Below are positions 30,758-45,573 of a stretch of 64,000 bases of DNA, piece after piece (position 1 is the stretch's first letter; each line of letters starts with the position of its first letter). Origin of the DNA: Dictyostelium discoideum (taxonomy: Eukaryota). A program made the translations under genes and the position numbers. The DNA lies in the NCBI GenBank assembly GCA_000004695.1, contig CM000152.2, forward strand, positions 3,552,001-3,616,000, in the 5' to 3' direction. A model generated the notes under the pieces. It was not told the DNA's origin. It searched no databases and was given only the letters and a program-made list of their open reading frames with translations.

Positions 30758-31771
30758 TTAACGTGTTGTAAACATTGAGTTTTGAATTTCTTTTTCTTTT
30801 TTATTGATTTTAATCATCCTTAAACCACAAGCATTACAAAGTGTAATATGTTGTCCATTAAAAATAAAATTTCTCCAATTGTTTGATTCTATATTTGGAC
30901 ACATGTAACAATCACCAGGTCTTAATTTCAATTTTCTTATTATCTTTGGTGTATTATAATCATCTGATGTTTGATTTGTTGTTCTTAACTTTTTACTTAA
31001 TTCCATGGTTTCTTTAACAATATAATTATTTACATTTAATCTACGTTTTCTTGGGAACAAATTGGCATCAGTTATTGTATTATTATTATTAATATGTGGA
31101 CTTTGTGAAGTAATGGTCTGAGAACTGATTTGATTTTGTAAATTTGTTGAATTGTTGTCAGAAACAAGAGGTGGCAATACAGGTGTTGGTATTTTACGGT
31201 TTGGTACATTTCTAGTTCCTATTTCATTAGAAAACATTTGGATATCTATTACTAAAGAAGATTGAAATGAATCTAAAAAAATTAATTCTGTAACACAGTC
31301 ATTAATAAAACTAGTCAAATTTATCATATTTAAAAACAAATCATCTTTCGTTTTTAGTGAGTTATATATTGAAATCTTTAAAATTAGAATTAGTATTTTT
31401 TATTTTTACAAAAAAGATTTTATAAATTTTTAATTATTATTTACCTCATTTGCAATAAATATTCTACAATCACAAATTTTCTCTATTGCATTTCTATGAA
31501 TAATTATATTGTATGGCTGATTACGAATATAACAAACACTATTTAAAAAATTTATGACATAACATCTTCTGTTTGAATTTGTTAATGGATCAAAAAAATC
31601 TCTGCTTGAATTATTATTATTATTATTATTGTTAGTTGTTGGTGCAGTGTTGGTGTTTTTAGTATTAATATAATCATTTACTATAAAACTAATTGAACAT
31701 TTATTGTTTTCTATTGGTTGAGAATTATTACCACATATACAATCATTGTTTTCCATTTTATTATGTGACAT
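30758..31771 (-). CDS. GATA-type zinc-finger protein (single C-terminal GATA finger), about 314 aa. Exon 1 is 31771..31445, intron 31444..31376 (69 bp), exon 2 is 31375..30758.
   Basis: The C-terminus CYMCPNIESNNWRNFIFNGQHITLCNACGLRMIKINKKEKE is a C-x2-C-x18-C-x2-C GATA finger followed by a basic tail. The two track ORFs (31430..31771 and 30758..31339, the latter TTG-initiated) join in frame via GAG|GTAAAT...TTTAAAG|ATT. Confidence 0.8.
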
Positions 31772-31937
31772 TTTTAATGTGGGAAAAAAAAAAAAAGAAT
31801 ATTAATTTATTTACAAAAAGATTAAAATAATAATATTATTAAAAAAATACAGAAGTGCGCGCTTATTAAATAAAAAAAAAACACTATTTATATCATTGTA
31901 TTGAGAATATTATTATTATTATTTTTTGTTTTATTTT

Positions 31938-31969
<32 letters not shown>

Positions 31970-33096
31970 CAATTAAACACACCCTTTTTCTCGCAAGTAA
32001 ATATTTTAACATGTGATATCCAATAAAAATATAATAAATAAACTTGATCATCCAAACAATCTCTATTTTTTCAGTTAGATTTGTATATTCTATTGTAATT
32101 TTACATTTAACACATTTCAAATTATATAATCTCATCATCAATTATTTTCTGAATAATAAAAATTTAAATTACTAATATTTTACTATTTTTGATGGTAGTT
32201 ATATTTTTTTTTTTCATTTTATGAACAACTTTATATAAAAATTTTGACGATATGAAATAATCATTCAAAATCTTTAAAGTGTTTACTATTAGTGGTAATA
32301 ATTGTAAAAAAAAAAAATGTTTATATTTTTGCGAATGAAAATAATAAAAATATACAATCATACCACACTCAACAAATATACCATAGTACAATAATTTTGG
32401 GGATCAAATTTATTTTTTTTTAAAAAAAAAAAAATAATAGTGATAATAGGTAATGGGTGGAGTGGGTTCGAATTTAAAAAAATTATTAATATTATTTATT
32501 ATTATTTTTATTATCAACAAAATAAAAAAAATTTCAAGCTCACGCTAACACTACAAATTTATTTAAATATTTAATTTTTTTTTTTTATAATTATATAATC
32601 AAAAAAAAAAAAAAAAAAAAACTTAAAATTTTATATGTAATAATGAATTTAAATAAAGATAAAAAAATAATTTATTAAATGAATTAATATTAATATTTTT
32701 TAAAAATTTGTTATTTGATATTTGTGAAATTTAAATTTTACCTTTGACAATTTAAATAAAATAAAAAATGAATAATTCAAATTGAGAAATAAAAAAAACA
32801 ATAATAAAAAAATTAACACTTTAAGTAAAGAATTAAAAAATAAAAAAAATAAAAAATAATAATAATAATTACAGAAAATCAGAAACAATCGTGTAAAAAA
32901 AAAATGATTTTGAAGATATTTTTTATTTTCAAACAATTTGGTTGAGATATTTTTTTTTTTCAGACAATTGGAATTCAGAAAAAACTATTTTTTTAATTTT
33001 TTTTTTTAAATGATTGAAATTGTGTTTCTTTTTTTTTAATGTTCTAAGAAGACCAACACTTTAATTATAACAAATAAAAAATTAGGTTTTAAAAAT

Positions 33097-33127
<31 letters not shown>

Positions 33128-33213
33128 TGCAAAGATTGATCCTATTTAAAAGTTATTTTTTTTTTTTTTAATCATTAAATAAAAAATATAAAAATAAATA
33201 TATAAAATAGTAA

Positions 33214-33536
33214 ATAATGGTTCAATTGAAGAATTATCAGATTTAAAAGTTAGAAAGATATATGATCTAAATGTATTTGGTGTTTTAAATTTATTAAAAA
33301 ATTCAAAATTAATTGATGAATATTCAACTCAATCATTCATCGAAATGTTTAATAAATATTCACCACATTCCAAAAGTGATCCTGAAAAAGTTGCTGAACT
33401 CTTAATTAAATTACCAACAATTACCAAATAATTTATTCATTGGATCTGATTCATTATCAACTGCTAAACAACAATTACAATCACATTTATTGGAAGCTGA
33501 AAAATGGTCTGACCTTTCAATTTCAACAGACTACTA
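33214..33536 (+). pseudogene. C-terminal fragment of a short-chain dehydrogenase/reductase (SDR), with a frameshift and no N-terminal Rossmann part
   Basis: Two adjacent frames read NNGSIEELSDLKVRKIYDLNVFGVLNLLKNSKLIDEYSTQSFIEMFNKYSPHSKSDPEKVAELLIKLPTITK* and NLFIGSDSLSTAKQQLQSHLLEAEKWSDLSISTDY*. These are typical SDR C-terminal segments (..vNvfGv..l..., ...lG.da...a...le.le.E...W..ls.stdf). No TGxxxGIG N-terminal region lies nearby. Confidence 0.45.
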
Positions 33537-33760
33537 AAAATATTGGAAAAAAAAAAAATTAAATAAACCTTTTTGTAAATAATAAACCTTTCAATTTCAA
33601 CTGGTCTTTGAAAAAAAAAATATATATTTTTTTCATTTCTTTTTTTTTCATTTAATATTAATCATTTTTTAAAAAATCTAATATTTCAATTCTTTATTTT
33701 TTCTTTTTTTAAATTTAATTATTCATTTTTTTTTTATTTTAATATAACCTCCAATATGAT

Positions 33761-33811
<51 letters not shown>

Positions 33812-34247
33812 CATTTAATTGGGAAAAAAAATAATAAAAAATAAAAATTATTAAAATAGAACACCAATAAGAAGATCTTAAAATTCTAATCAAAAAACAA
33901 ATGGAAATATTTTCTTTTTTATTTCTATTTTTTTTCAAATCTAAAAATAACTTTCTTAAAAAAAAAAAAAAAAAAAAGACGTGGTTTAATATTTAAATTT
34001 TTATTTTTTAATTTCATTTTTTGTGTGGCTTTTTTATTTTTTATATGCATTCACCACATGCACAACTATACAGTCAACGCTTTCATTTAATTTCCCCATT
34101 TTCTCACCAACAACAAAATACTATAAAATGAAAAAAGAAAATATTCATTTATTAAATAACAAAATAAAAAACAAATAAAACAAATAAAACAAATTTATAA
34201 ATAAATTCATTTAATAAATAATATAAAATAAAATAAAATAAAATAAA

Positions 34248-34814
34248 ATGTTATCAGAATTTTTCAACAGTTTAGCATCATTTTTTAGTAATATATTCTC
34301 ATTATTTGAAGGTAAAAAAGATACAAGAATATTAATGATTGGACTTGATGGTGCAGGTAAATCAACACTTTTATTTAAATTAAAATTGGGTGATGTAGTT
34401 TTAACCATTCCAACCATTGGATTCAATGTCGAAACTATTGTATATAAAAATTTATCAATGACAGTTTGGGATGTAGGTGGTCAACATAAAATTCGTGCAT
34501 TATGGAAACACTATTATCATGGTACAAATGCAATCATCTTTGTAGTTGACAGTACTGATCGTGAAAGAATGGATGAAGTTAAAGAGGAAATTGATAATCT
34601 TTTAATCCAAGATGAATTAAAAGGTATACAAATATTAGTACTTGCAAATAAACAAGATATGAATAATGCAATGAATACCGCAGAAATTGTAAACTCTTTA
34701 AATTTAAATTCAATTAAAGATAGAAAATGGTATGTCCAACCATGTAGTGCCATTAGATCAGATGGTATATATGAAGGATTTGATTGGGTAGCAAATTCAC
34801 TCAATAATAAATAA
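34248..34814 (+). CDS. ARF-like small GTPase, copy 2 (about 94% aa identity to 25717..26283)
   Basis: Same motifs as copy 1, with about 11 substitutions (e.g. E25D, Y43F, S52L, P83A). The promoter element is conserved at 34035..34135. Confidence 0.9.
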   Translation: MLSEFFNSLASFFSNIFSLFEGKKDTRILMIGLDGAGKSTLLFKLKLGDVVLTIPTIGFNVETIVYKNLSMTVWDVGGQHKIRALWKHYYHGTNAIIFVVDSTDRERMDEVKEEIDNLLIQDELKGIQILVLANKQDMNNAMNTAEIVNSLNLNSIKDRKWYVQPCSAIRSDGIYEGFDWVANSLNNK

Positions 34815-35079
34815 ATAAATAATCAAATAAAAGCCTTATATGTTAGTCAGTAAAAATACAAGGCTTTACTGACTAATATACAGTAAAAATAAATAAAGAT
34901 TAATAATTTTTTTTTTTTTTTAATAAACACTTATTTATTGATTTATTTTTTATTTTTTATTTGTTTTTTTTTATTATTTTTTTATTTTTTTTGTTTTTTT
35001 GGTTTATTTATTAATTTATTCGTTGTATTTTTTTTTTTTTTTTTGATTGTTTAATTAAACTACACAACTGACAGATGAT

Positions 35080-37805
35080 TTACTGGTTGATGGTGAAGGA
35101 TGAGAGCACCAACAGTATCACCAACACAAACAATTGAAATACCTGCAATTGCCCACCTGATAGTTTGGATGATCTACCGTTTGATGATGGAGGAGATAAT
35201 GGTAATTGAATTTCTTCAATTTTAACATCATAATGGAATGATGTTGAGCTAAATTGGAGATATAATACTCCTGATGTTTCATTAACAAATGAATTTGAAT
35301 GGCATGACAAACAATCGGTACTATTTGTAATATCAGTTTCATTTGAACTTAGTTTTGGGTTACTATCATACAATGTCTCATTTGGTGATAAACTGCATTG
35401 CAAATTACATGAAAGAGATACATTTGTTGATGAAACTACCAAACTTGCATAAATAATACCTGATAAACTAACACCACCAACTGATATTGAAATACCATCT
35501 TTATTATTTTTAATGGTTGGAATAACTGTAATCATTGGTTTTAAATATGTTAATATTGCATTTGGTCCCAAATCTTCTCCAATATATGTTGAAACAGAGA
35601 GTTGACTCTCTTTACAATCAGCTCTAACTATTAAAATCTTTTCATTTTGAACAATTATTGTAGTGTTTTTATAATTTGCTAATACTTTAACTTTGAATTC
35701 ATCTCCATTTGACAATAAATTCTTACCAGAAACTGTGATAAAACCTCCACAAGCAATTGTTTTATTATCCTTATTAATTATACCATAAATAACAGGTGGA
35801 AATTTTAAATTAAATAATGATTCCATTTTAATTCCATCCACTGTAATATTAATTGGACCATTTTCATAGGAGTTCAATGTTTTAATAGTTAATTGATTAT
35901 TTGTTAATGTTAGAATTTCTGATGAAATATCATTACCATTGAAATAAACTTTAATATATGATATTGAGTTACCGAAATTATTTCCATAAAATGTAATATT
36001 ATATTGACCTTTAGAAAATTTACGATTCTCAATATTTGGTGGAGCATACGAATATTCATCACTAATTGTATCTGAATTTAATTGAAAAATGAATTGTTTA
36101 TTGATACCAGTGCCATATGGTGTTGAGCATGTTGTTACATAGAAACTAGAATTTGAATATTGTAATGATGGTGTTGAACATTGAGTAGATGATGATGAAT
36201 TACCAACTGTAATACTTGGTTGTGATGATGAACTAATTGGACAATCCATATAATATATTTCAATATTTAATGAACCGTTTGAAAGATTTGGTCTATTGAT
36301 TACATTTATTAATAGTGATGATGCTGAGATTGAAATTGTATTTGAGGTCATATTAGAACCAACCAATTTCACTCGAGTGAAATTAATATTAAATGTACTA
36401 CATCTTAAAAGAGGTAATTTAAATGTCAAATTCTTTTCATCAGACGATACATTTAATTGGTCAATTTTAATATTATCATTAATTCCATTACCATATAATT
36501 GAACGAATGATTCTTCATTTTTACCAAAATGTGTACCAATTAATGTAACAAAACCATTTGAATATGATCCACTTGATAACGTTGGAGTATTATATGTTAA
36601 TGTTACACTATGAGGATTTATTGAATTACAACCACCGAAATTAACGTTAACTGGTAAATTTTTACCACCATTTTGATTTGGATCTAATTTACATTTTAAT
36701 TCATTTGTATTTGATTTAATATATGTACATTGTTTATTACCAATTGTAATTGATGGAGTAAATGATGAATTTAAAGTAGAAAATAATTTGTCTCCTTGAA
36801 TTGTTACAATACCATCGGAATAATTTGATACTGATGATACTGATATAATTAATGGTGGGAAACAATGAGTATAATTCTTTTCAGCCGGGATTTCATTTAC
36901 CTTAACACTAATTGAAATTGGGCCTAGATCAGGTCTATTAACGTTATTCACTTGAATTTGTGTATGATTTACTGAAATAATAAAATTTGTTTGCTTAATA
37001 TCATCAAAATAAACCTCTACCAAGCTTTTATCTGTAAAGAAGTTATCACCATTAATTGATAATATTAGGTACCCTCCGTCAAAAAAAGTACTTGATATTT
37101 TAGGTGATTCGTATGAAAATGGAAAAAGATTATCCCCAGTTTCATCAAAGGCAAATTCAAAATATCCAGAGCCTGGTGGAACTACTACAGTAATATTATT
37201 ACAGTCAAAAGATGGATCAGAGAAATTACCTTTAACAACAAAAGATGTCATATAATCAAATGTAGTTAGAATGTGATTTGGACCACCCCTAGATCTTAAA
37301 TAATTACCAGTAATTACTATATCACCTCCAGATGTTTTTGGTTTATTACTATATTTCAAATTAGTTACAAATGGATAATCTAAAGATGAAAGATCAAATG
37401 AACACTCTTCAACTGGACTTGATACTTCTCTTGCACATACCTTACTTTCTATACTACCCCATAATCTTGAAAATGGCTCATCTGAATGGAATGAACAATG
37501 TCTCCTATTACCAATAACTAGACTACAATTAAAATAATTTGGTGCCATTTCATATCTTGGTGTTGTTTCGTTTTGATACAAAATTAAACGGGTTGGGTAT
37601 GATCGAAAACTTTCAAAAGTTATTGAAAATGATTTTTCATCAAATATTACATCTTTGAAAAATAAATTAATTGAATAAATAACATAAACAAATTATTTAT
37701 TAAAATATTATGATACTTACCTACTGACATTGGACGACCAACTGAATGTCCTGATTTAAAAATTGAGAATAAAAATAAAATCAGTAATATTATTTTCTTT
37801 TCCAT
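35080..37805 (-). CDS. Secreted IPT/TIG-repeat Tgr-like surface protein, copy 2, about 861 aa. Exon 1 is 37805..37721, intron 37720..37653, exon 2 is 37652..35080.
   Basis: Signal-peptide exon [28 protein letters not shown] is followed by donor GTAAGT and acceptor CAAAG|AT, in frame with [36 protein letters not shown] (the track ORF starts at a TTG). The C-terminal ~45% is nearly identical to copy 1. The N-terminal ~400 aa has diverged by roughly 30-40%, by eye. Confidence 0.75.
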
Positions 37806-37909
37806 TTTTATTTATTTTTATTTTATTGAATTTGGCTTTAAAAATAATATCGATTTAAAAAAGAGAAATTTTATTATTAATCGAGAAAATAATTTTTAAT
37901 TAAATAATG

Positions 37910-37940
<31 letters not shown>

Positions 37941-38682
37941 AAAATAGTAAGAATAATAAAAAAAAAAAAAAAAAATAATTAAAATAAAAACCAGCATTAA
38001 CTTCCAAAAATAGATATTGATTGGTATCATTTCATACATCAACCAAAAAAAAGATGTATAAATCTATTAAATTCACAAACAAACAAAATCCAAAAAAAAA
38101 TTTCTTTTTTAATTATCTTTTTGGTTTGAAAATTAATTTTTATTTGATTTTCCTAAATTTTTAATAACATTCAATCATCAATTCAAAATAATATTTATGT
38201 TAAATCTTTTTTTTTATAAAAAAAAAAAAAAAAAATAAAAATAAATTTAATTGACCGATTTTAAACATTTTTTATTTAAAAATTATAAACATTTGAAATT
38301 AAAAATAAAATACAAATTTTTTAATTTTGTATTTTATTACAATCTCTTAATTTCAAATGTTACGAATTAATAATAAAACACAAATTAATTTGTTTATTTT
38401 CTTTTAAAGAATTAATTGTAAATAATAAAAATTAATTAAAACAATTAAGAATTGGATGTATGTGAATTAACTGATAATAAAAGGGTAATAATTAACCATC
38501 TTGTGTATGTGTGAGAGTATTTTTTTTTTTTTTTAAAATTTTAAACCATGGAAATAAAAAAAATAAAAAAAATAAAAAAAAAAAAAAAAAATAAAAAAAA
38601 AAAAAAAAAATGAAAATATGTTTTTTTTTTTTTTTTTTTTTTTATTATTTTTTTTAGTATACTAAAACAACAGTACTCGAAA

Positions 38683-39824
38683 TTGATGGATGATAATCAT
38701 GTAAAAATTAAAAACTCTCTAATTGGAATTGATCCAAAAGTAATTGATAAAAATAAAATAAACACTTATAATAATAAAAGTAGTAGTAACAATATTCAAA
38801 ATAGTAATAATGCAAAAAACACAATCACTACCACCATTTCACCAATAATAATTCATGTCCAAAAAGAGAAGACTATCAATAATAGTAATAATAATGAAGA
38901 TGATGATGAAGAAGAAGATGAAGAAGAAGAAGAAGAAGAAGAAGAAGAAGAAGAAGAAGAAGAAGAAGAAGAAGAAGAAGAAGAAGAAGAAGAAGAAGAA
39001 GAAGAAGAAGATGAAGAAGAAGGAGAAGATGAAGATGAAGATGAAGAAGAAGGAGATGAAGATGATAATAATAAACATAAAAATAATAATGTCAGTGGGA
39101 AAAAAAGACCAAATTTAGACTCTGATTCAGAACCAATGATAGAATTTATTGAAATTGTTGAAGTAGATTCTGAAAGCAATAAAAGAAGGAAAATTGATTC
39201 TAACAAACCATGGTTTGATCCAATTAAAATGGAGCAGTCTATACTAACTCAGGTAATATTTATATTATATATTATATTATTATCATTTTCTTTAAATATA
39301 AAAAAATAATAAAAAAAAAAAAAAAAAAATAAAAAAAATAATAATAATAAAAGTAACTAACTTATTTATTTATATTTTAGTTCAATTTTTTTGAAATTAT
39401 ATATAGAATGAAAATCGAGTCATTTGGTTTGAGATTAGTAAAAGAGTAAGTTTAATTTATTAGTTCATAAATCAACAACATAATATTAACCTTTTTTTTT
39501 TTAAAAAAAAGGTTTGTTAGATTTATGATTATAAAATGTTTAGAAAAAGATAGAAGCCTTGGTGAAACTCCAACTAAATTACAAGCATCACCACTTATTG
39601 AATCATTTTGGCATTCATTAATTGTTGATATGGAGAAATATAAAATTTTTCAAAAATTATTACCAAAAAGATTTCAATGCAATCCATCAATTACATTAGA
39701 TCCAATAGAAGTTCAAATGGAAAGATTTCAAAAAACTTTACAACTTTATGATAAATATTTTCCAAATTATAAAAGAGATGATGAAATGTGGGATTTTAAA
39801 AAAAAGAAATTAATTTTAATTTAA
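38683..39824 (+). CDS. Hypothetical nuclear-type protein with a poly-Glu/Asp tract and a conserved C-terminal domain, about 316 aa. Exons are 38683..39252, 39381..39445 and 39512..39824.
   Basis: Exon 1 ends ...KMEQSILTQ|GTAATA. Exon 2 (acceptor TTTTAG|TTC) reads FNFFEIIYRMKIESFGLRLVK(E). Donor GA|GTAAGT and acceptor AAAAAG|G continue in phase into FVRFMIIKCLEKDRSLGETPTKLQASPLIESFWHSLIVDMEKYKIFQKLLPKRFQCNPSITLDPIEVQMERFQKTLQLYDKYFPNYKRDDEMWDF... The (GAA)n tract at 38887..39000 encodes about 38 Glu. No family assigned. Confidence 0.55.
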
Positions 39825-39953
39825 TAAACTATAAAACTATAAAAAATTGTAAATTTAAATATATGTAAATAATAATTTTTTTTTTTTTTTCTTTTATTTT
39901 TTTTTATTTATTTTATTTTTTTATTTATGTTATTCATTTTACACCACCACATT

Positions 39954-41105
<1,152 letters not shown>

Positions 41106-41737
41106 TTAAGACAATCAAAAAGATGTTGCATCCGATTCTAAAGAAACACCACCAACTCCGCCACCAATTGGTGACGTAGAAGAGGAAGAAGAAAAAGAAG
41201 AAAAAGTTGTTAGTCAAGTTAAAGAAGAAATCAATGAAACTAAATTTGAATCATCGTCATCGTTTGATGAACCAACAACAATAACAAGAACAAATAAAAA
41301 TATTAAACAAAAGAGTATTTCCTTTTTTTTTTTTATTTGTAATGAATTTATAGTGTTGAAGAATTATTATTATCATTTGGAATAGTGATTTCCTATCGAA
41401 AATATTCTCCAAAGTAATTGATTTCCATTTGGACATTTCATCTTGATCAATTTCCATTTCGTCTTCTTTGAGTTTGATTATAGTTACTTCAATTTGTTTT
41501 GACGATTCATAAAGATTGATGAATTGTCTTTTTAAAATCATTTCTATCCTTTTCATCAATCTCTATAAACAATACTTTTAAAATAGTATATTAAATTATA
41601 AATACAATAATCTACCGCTAACTTCTTTTAATTGTTTAGATTTTCTTTGTAATAGCATCCTAATAATATTTTAATTATTAAAAAAAAAAAAAAAAAATTG
41701 GTTAGTTTATATTTTTTAAATTTTTTAAAAAAAAAAT

Positions 41738-42170
41738 TTACTTACAATGAGTCATTGACACGAGATTTTCATAACACCCACTACCTGCATCACCCATTGA
41801 TCTATATGGATTTGGATCAAATTGTTTTCTTTGAGAAGGTGGATTGCTAGTGGTCCACAATAATGACCAGCATCGTGACAAGGTGGATGAATGGCATAAA
41901 AGCACGAGTATACCCAGAATCAACGGCGGCACAAACGCTTGTTCTTAATGCTTCTACAACTCTCACTCTTAATGCTTGAGATTTATATGGTGGAATTAAG
42001 CATAGTCTTACTATTTAATGGTCTATCTGCTTTAGACAACGTACACCACCAGCTGGTGATCAGTGAGCTTGTATGAGCAGACCATAGAGCAAACATCTAG
42101 TGGACACTGACCCATTATTGGCAAACAGTTGTCTGACACCAGCATCTTTTAATTCAAGACAAACATTCTT
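41738..42170. mobile_element. Fragment of a GC-richer interspersed repeat. Its 3' ~130 bp matches the terminus seen at 55520..55650.
   Basis: 42040..42160 (caccaccagctggtgatcagtgagcttgtatgagcagaccatagagcaaacatctagtggacactgacccattattggcaaacagttgtctgacaccagc) is about 80% identical to 55535..55640. Local GC is well above the window background. ORF 41738..41932(-) is probably meaningless. Confidence 0.5.
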
Positions 42171-42194
42171 TTTTTAAATTATTAAAAAAAAAAA

Positions 42195-42233
<39 letters not shown>

Positions 42234-42964
42234 TTAATTAAATTTTCTAAAAATACATTTTATACAGTTTTATTTACCTTTAATATTTATTAAATTGAAT
42301 TTATTAATTTTTAATAAATAAATAGCTTTTATTTTGTTAATTATTATTTTTTTTTAGTTATTTTATATTATTTTCTTTTTTGGTTGGACATATCTTCTTC
42401 TGAAATTGATGTCATCCATTCAATAAAATTACTTTGTGTGTTATTTAATAAATCTTTATCTCCATTTATCAATGATTAAAATGGTGTTGGTGGTGATGGT
42501 CTAGTTACTGTTGAGGTTGAAAGTAAAAATAATACAAAAAATAAAAATAAAAAGTGGGTTTAAAAAAAAAAAAAAATAAAAAAAAAATGAAAAAATGAAA
42601 AAAAAAAAAAAAAATTAAAAAAAATAATAATTTGATCTTGAAAATAAAAAAAAGATGGATCTATTAAATCAAAAAAAGATCCAAAAAAGTTAAAATTGGG
42701 TAAAATTTTCCAGGACAAAAACAAAAATGGTAAAAAAAAAAATTTAATAACAAATAGATTTCTTTTTATTGATTCAAATTTCGGAAAAATGACTAGATGC
42801 CCTACAAAATATAATTAAATAATATATTTAAAAAAAAAAAATAAAAAAATAAAAAAAAAGGTAAAAAATGAATCGAATTTTTTTTTTTTAAAAAATTTTT
42901 TTTTTTTTTTAAATTTCATCTTTTAATATTCTCCAATTAAAATTCACACACACAAAATATTACA

Positions 42965-43273
42965 ATGGGAAAAAGAAAACCAATACCATCAATCAACATT
43001 GGTAATAACCTAAATAAAAAACTTAAATTTTCAAAACAAGATTCAGATCAACAACAACAACAACAACAAGAACAACAACCACAACAACCACAACAACCAA
43101 TTATAAAATATAAATCCAAAAGAGAAAAAGAAATCCACGAAAAGATTGATAAAATTAAATCTGAAAGAAAGTTTATTTATAAAAATGTAATTATTATTTT
43201 TATTATTATTATTTATTATTTATTATTTATTATATTAATTTATTAATTTATTTTATTTTATTTTATTTTATTT

Positions 43274-43343
<70 letters not shown>

Positions 43344-44077
43344 GAATATTTTAAATATAGGCAGAGAGACATGTTAAATTAAGTTTGGAATATGCTGGGT
43401 TGGCATTGAGTTTACCAGCGGTCTTGAAAGACTTACACAGAGCATTGGAAAAATTTGATGCACTTGAGTCCAGTTTGATAGCTGAGCTAGAGTCTTTAAA
43501 AATACCAGTAAAAAATGCCAGTACCATACCAGTTTTGCATCCTCCAATTAACCATGTTAATACAAGTATTGCTACAACTGCTGCTGCCAGTATCAACAAC
43601 AACAACAACAATGATAACACCATTACCACAACCACCACCACCACTACTATCAGCAATGACAATCTTGCTTCAACTACAAATTCTTTACCAGTTAACTCTG
43701 TACCAAGAACCACTGCCACTTTATCAGATGTTAACAGCCTTATTACTGCAACTCTTGGACCCACTACTGCTCCTACTATTGGTTCTTCTGCAACCACTGG
43801 TGATACTACTGCAATTGATGGTACAAACACCAATGTCACCACTGATACTACCACCATAGAAACAACCATGAAGAAAAAAGGCAGACCACCACTTTTTAAA
43901 GAAATTCCAGAAAATTGTTATGTCTGTGGAGTAACCGAAACTCCATATTGGAGAAGAGGTACAGACGAAGGTGTAATGGTTGACCTCTGTAATGCATGTG
44001 GATTGCGTTACATGAAATTAGAAAAGAAAGAGAGACTTTTAAAACAAAAAAATAGTACCAGTAATGTTTTGAACTAA
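42965..44077 (+). CDS. GATA-type zinc-finger protein (single C-terminal GATA finger), about 313 aa. Exon 1 is 42965..43186, intron 43187..43360, exon 2 is 43361..44077.
   Basis: Exon 1 is MGKRKPIPSINIGNN...KFIYKN|GTAATT. A 174-bp intron with a ~70-nt poly(T) ends at ATATAG|GCA, in phase with AERHVKLSLEYAGLALS.... The C-terminal finger is CYVCGVTETPYWRRGTDEGVMVDLCNACGLRYMKLEKKER, preceded by the basic KKKGRPP. Confidence 0.8.
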
Positions 44078-44189
44078 CCTCTTTCTAAATCTTTTTTTTC
44101 GTTAGTAATTTATATCAACTTTTTAATCAAATTCATTTTTATACATATTTTTATTAATTTCTTAAAAAAAAAAACAATTATTGTAATAT

Positions 44190-44245
<56 letters not shown>

Positions 44246-44979
44246 ATTTTTAATCTTTAGCATACAAACAATATTTTAAATATTAAAAAATACTACAATT
44301 TTATATATATAAAAAAATCCTTTTTAAATAATTTATTTTTGTAGTATAAAAAAAAAAATAAAAAAAAAATAAATAAAGAAAATAAATTATTTATTTGTTT
44401 GTTATATCTTTTTTTTTTTTTTCTTTTTTTTTTTTTTTTTGAACACAAATAATCTTTATTTTTTAATAATAAAAATAATAATTTTAAATTTAAATTTAAA
44501 TTTTCACTAAATTGTTTCTTAAAATAGGAATACAATTGATATTCAAAGTTAACTGCATATGTTGTAGTGAAAAAAAAAAAAAAATTTCCCCACATCAACA
44601 ATCGGGAATTTTCACAGTAAAATACAATGTATTAAAAAAATGTCAAGCAAATAATAAAAAAAAAAAAAAAAAAAAAAAAAATTAAATAGAAAAATAAGTT
44701 TAATGTAAAGTGAATGTAAATTTTTAGTGGATTTTATCACTACGTAGCTTGACATTTTTTTTTTTTTAAATTTATTTACTTATTTATTTATTTACTTATT
44801 TATTTATTTTTTTATTTATTTTATTTATTTTAATTTATTTTTTTTTTTTTTTTTTTAATAACTCTTAAATCAAATAACCTTCAAATCGAAAAAAAATTTT
44901 AGTTGGTTATCATAGTTTAGTAAAAAAAAAAAAAAAAAAAAAAAAATTTATATCAAAGTTTATAATTTAAAAAATACAA

Positions 44980-45520
44980 TAATGTATATAGATAATAAAA
45001 AATATACATTCCATACACACCAAATGTGTTGTGTCGTTTCATTTTTGAAAGAAAAAAATGAAAATTCCCACTATTACCACCAAACACATTGGCATTCATT
45101 TTTTTTTTATGTCAATAAATTAAATGAATACAAAAAAAACTCACACTCACCACCACACCCACTTCTATATATCAAATTTGTATTGCATTTTTATTTTGTG
45201 TCTTTTCATAATAATAACAAAACACACCAAATGTGTTGTGTCTTTTCATTTTTTAAAACAAAAAATACTATAATTGTATTTATTCTCTAGTGTCGTTTCA
45301 TTTTTGAAAGAAAAAAAGAAAACTCTCAATATTACCCCAAACAAATTGGCATACATTTTATGTCAATAAATTATATGAATACAAATTAAAAAAACTCACA
45401 CCATCTATACATCTTATTTGTATGACATTTTTATGTTGTGTCTTTTCATTTTCCAAACAAAATTCTACAACTGATTTCATTCTCTTGTATCGTTTCATTT
45501 TTTAAAAAAAATAATACATT
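44980..45520 (-). repeat. Two units of the ~250-bp repeat family (same family as the tandem array at 60400..61130, opposite orientation)
   Basis: Repeated core acaccaaatgtgttgtgtc(g/t)tttcattttt...gaaagaaaaaaa(g)aaaa(t/c)tc(c/t)ca(c/a)tattacc...aaacacattggcat is the reverse complement of ...atgccaatttgtttggtggtaatagtgag...ctttcaaaaatgaaacgacac...aaaatgaaaagacacaacacatttggtgtg at 60420..60560. Confidence 0.7.
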
Positions 45521-45538
45521 CACAATAAATAAATAAAA

Positions 45539-45573
<35 letters not shown>

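Noticed and set aside
32400-32480. GGTTCGAAT B-box-like sequence (ggtggagtgggttcgaattt), possibly a tRNA remnant
   Set aside because: There is no acceptor, D or anticodon stem around it. It is an isolated motif.
38839-39206. Poly-Phe, poly-Ser and poly-Lys ORFs
   Set aside because: They are alternative frames and strands of the (GAA)n poly-Glu tract of gene 38683..39824.
43351-43869. Minus-strand 172-aa ORF and plus-strand 114-aa ORF overlapping the GATA gene 2 body
   Set aside because: The GATA reading frame carries the finger and a splice-consistent exon structure. The others are Val/Leu-rich off-frames of T/N codons.
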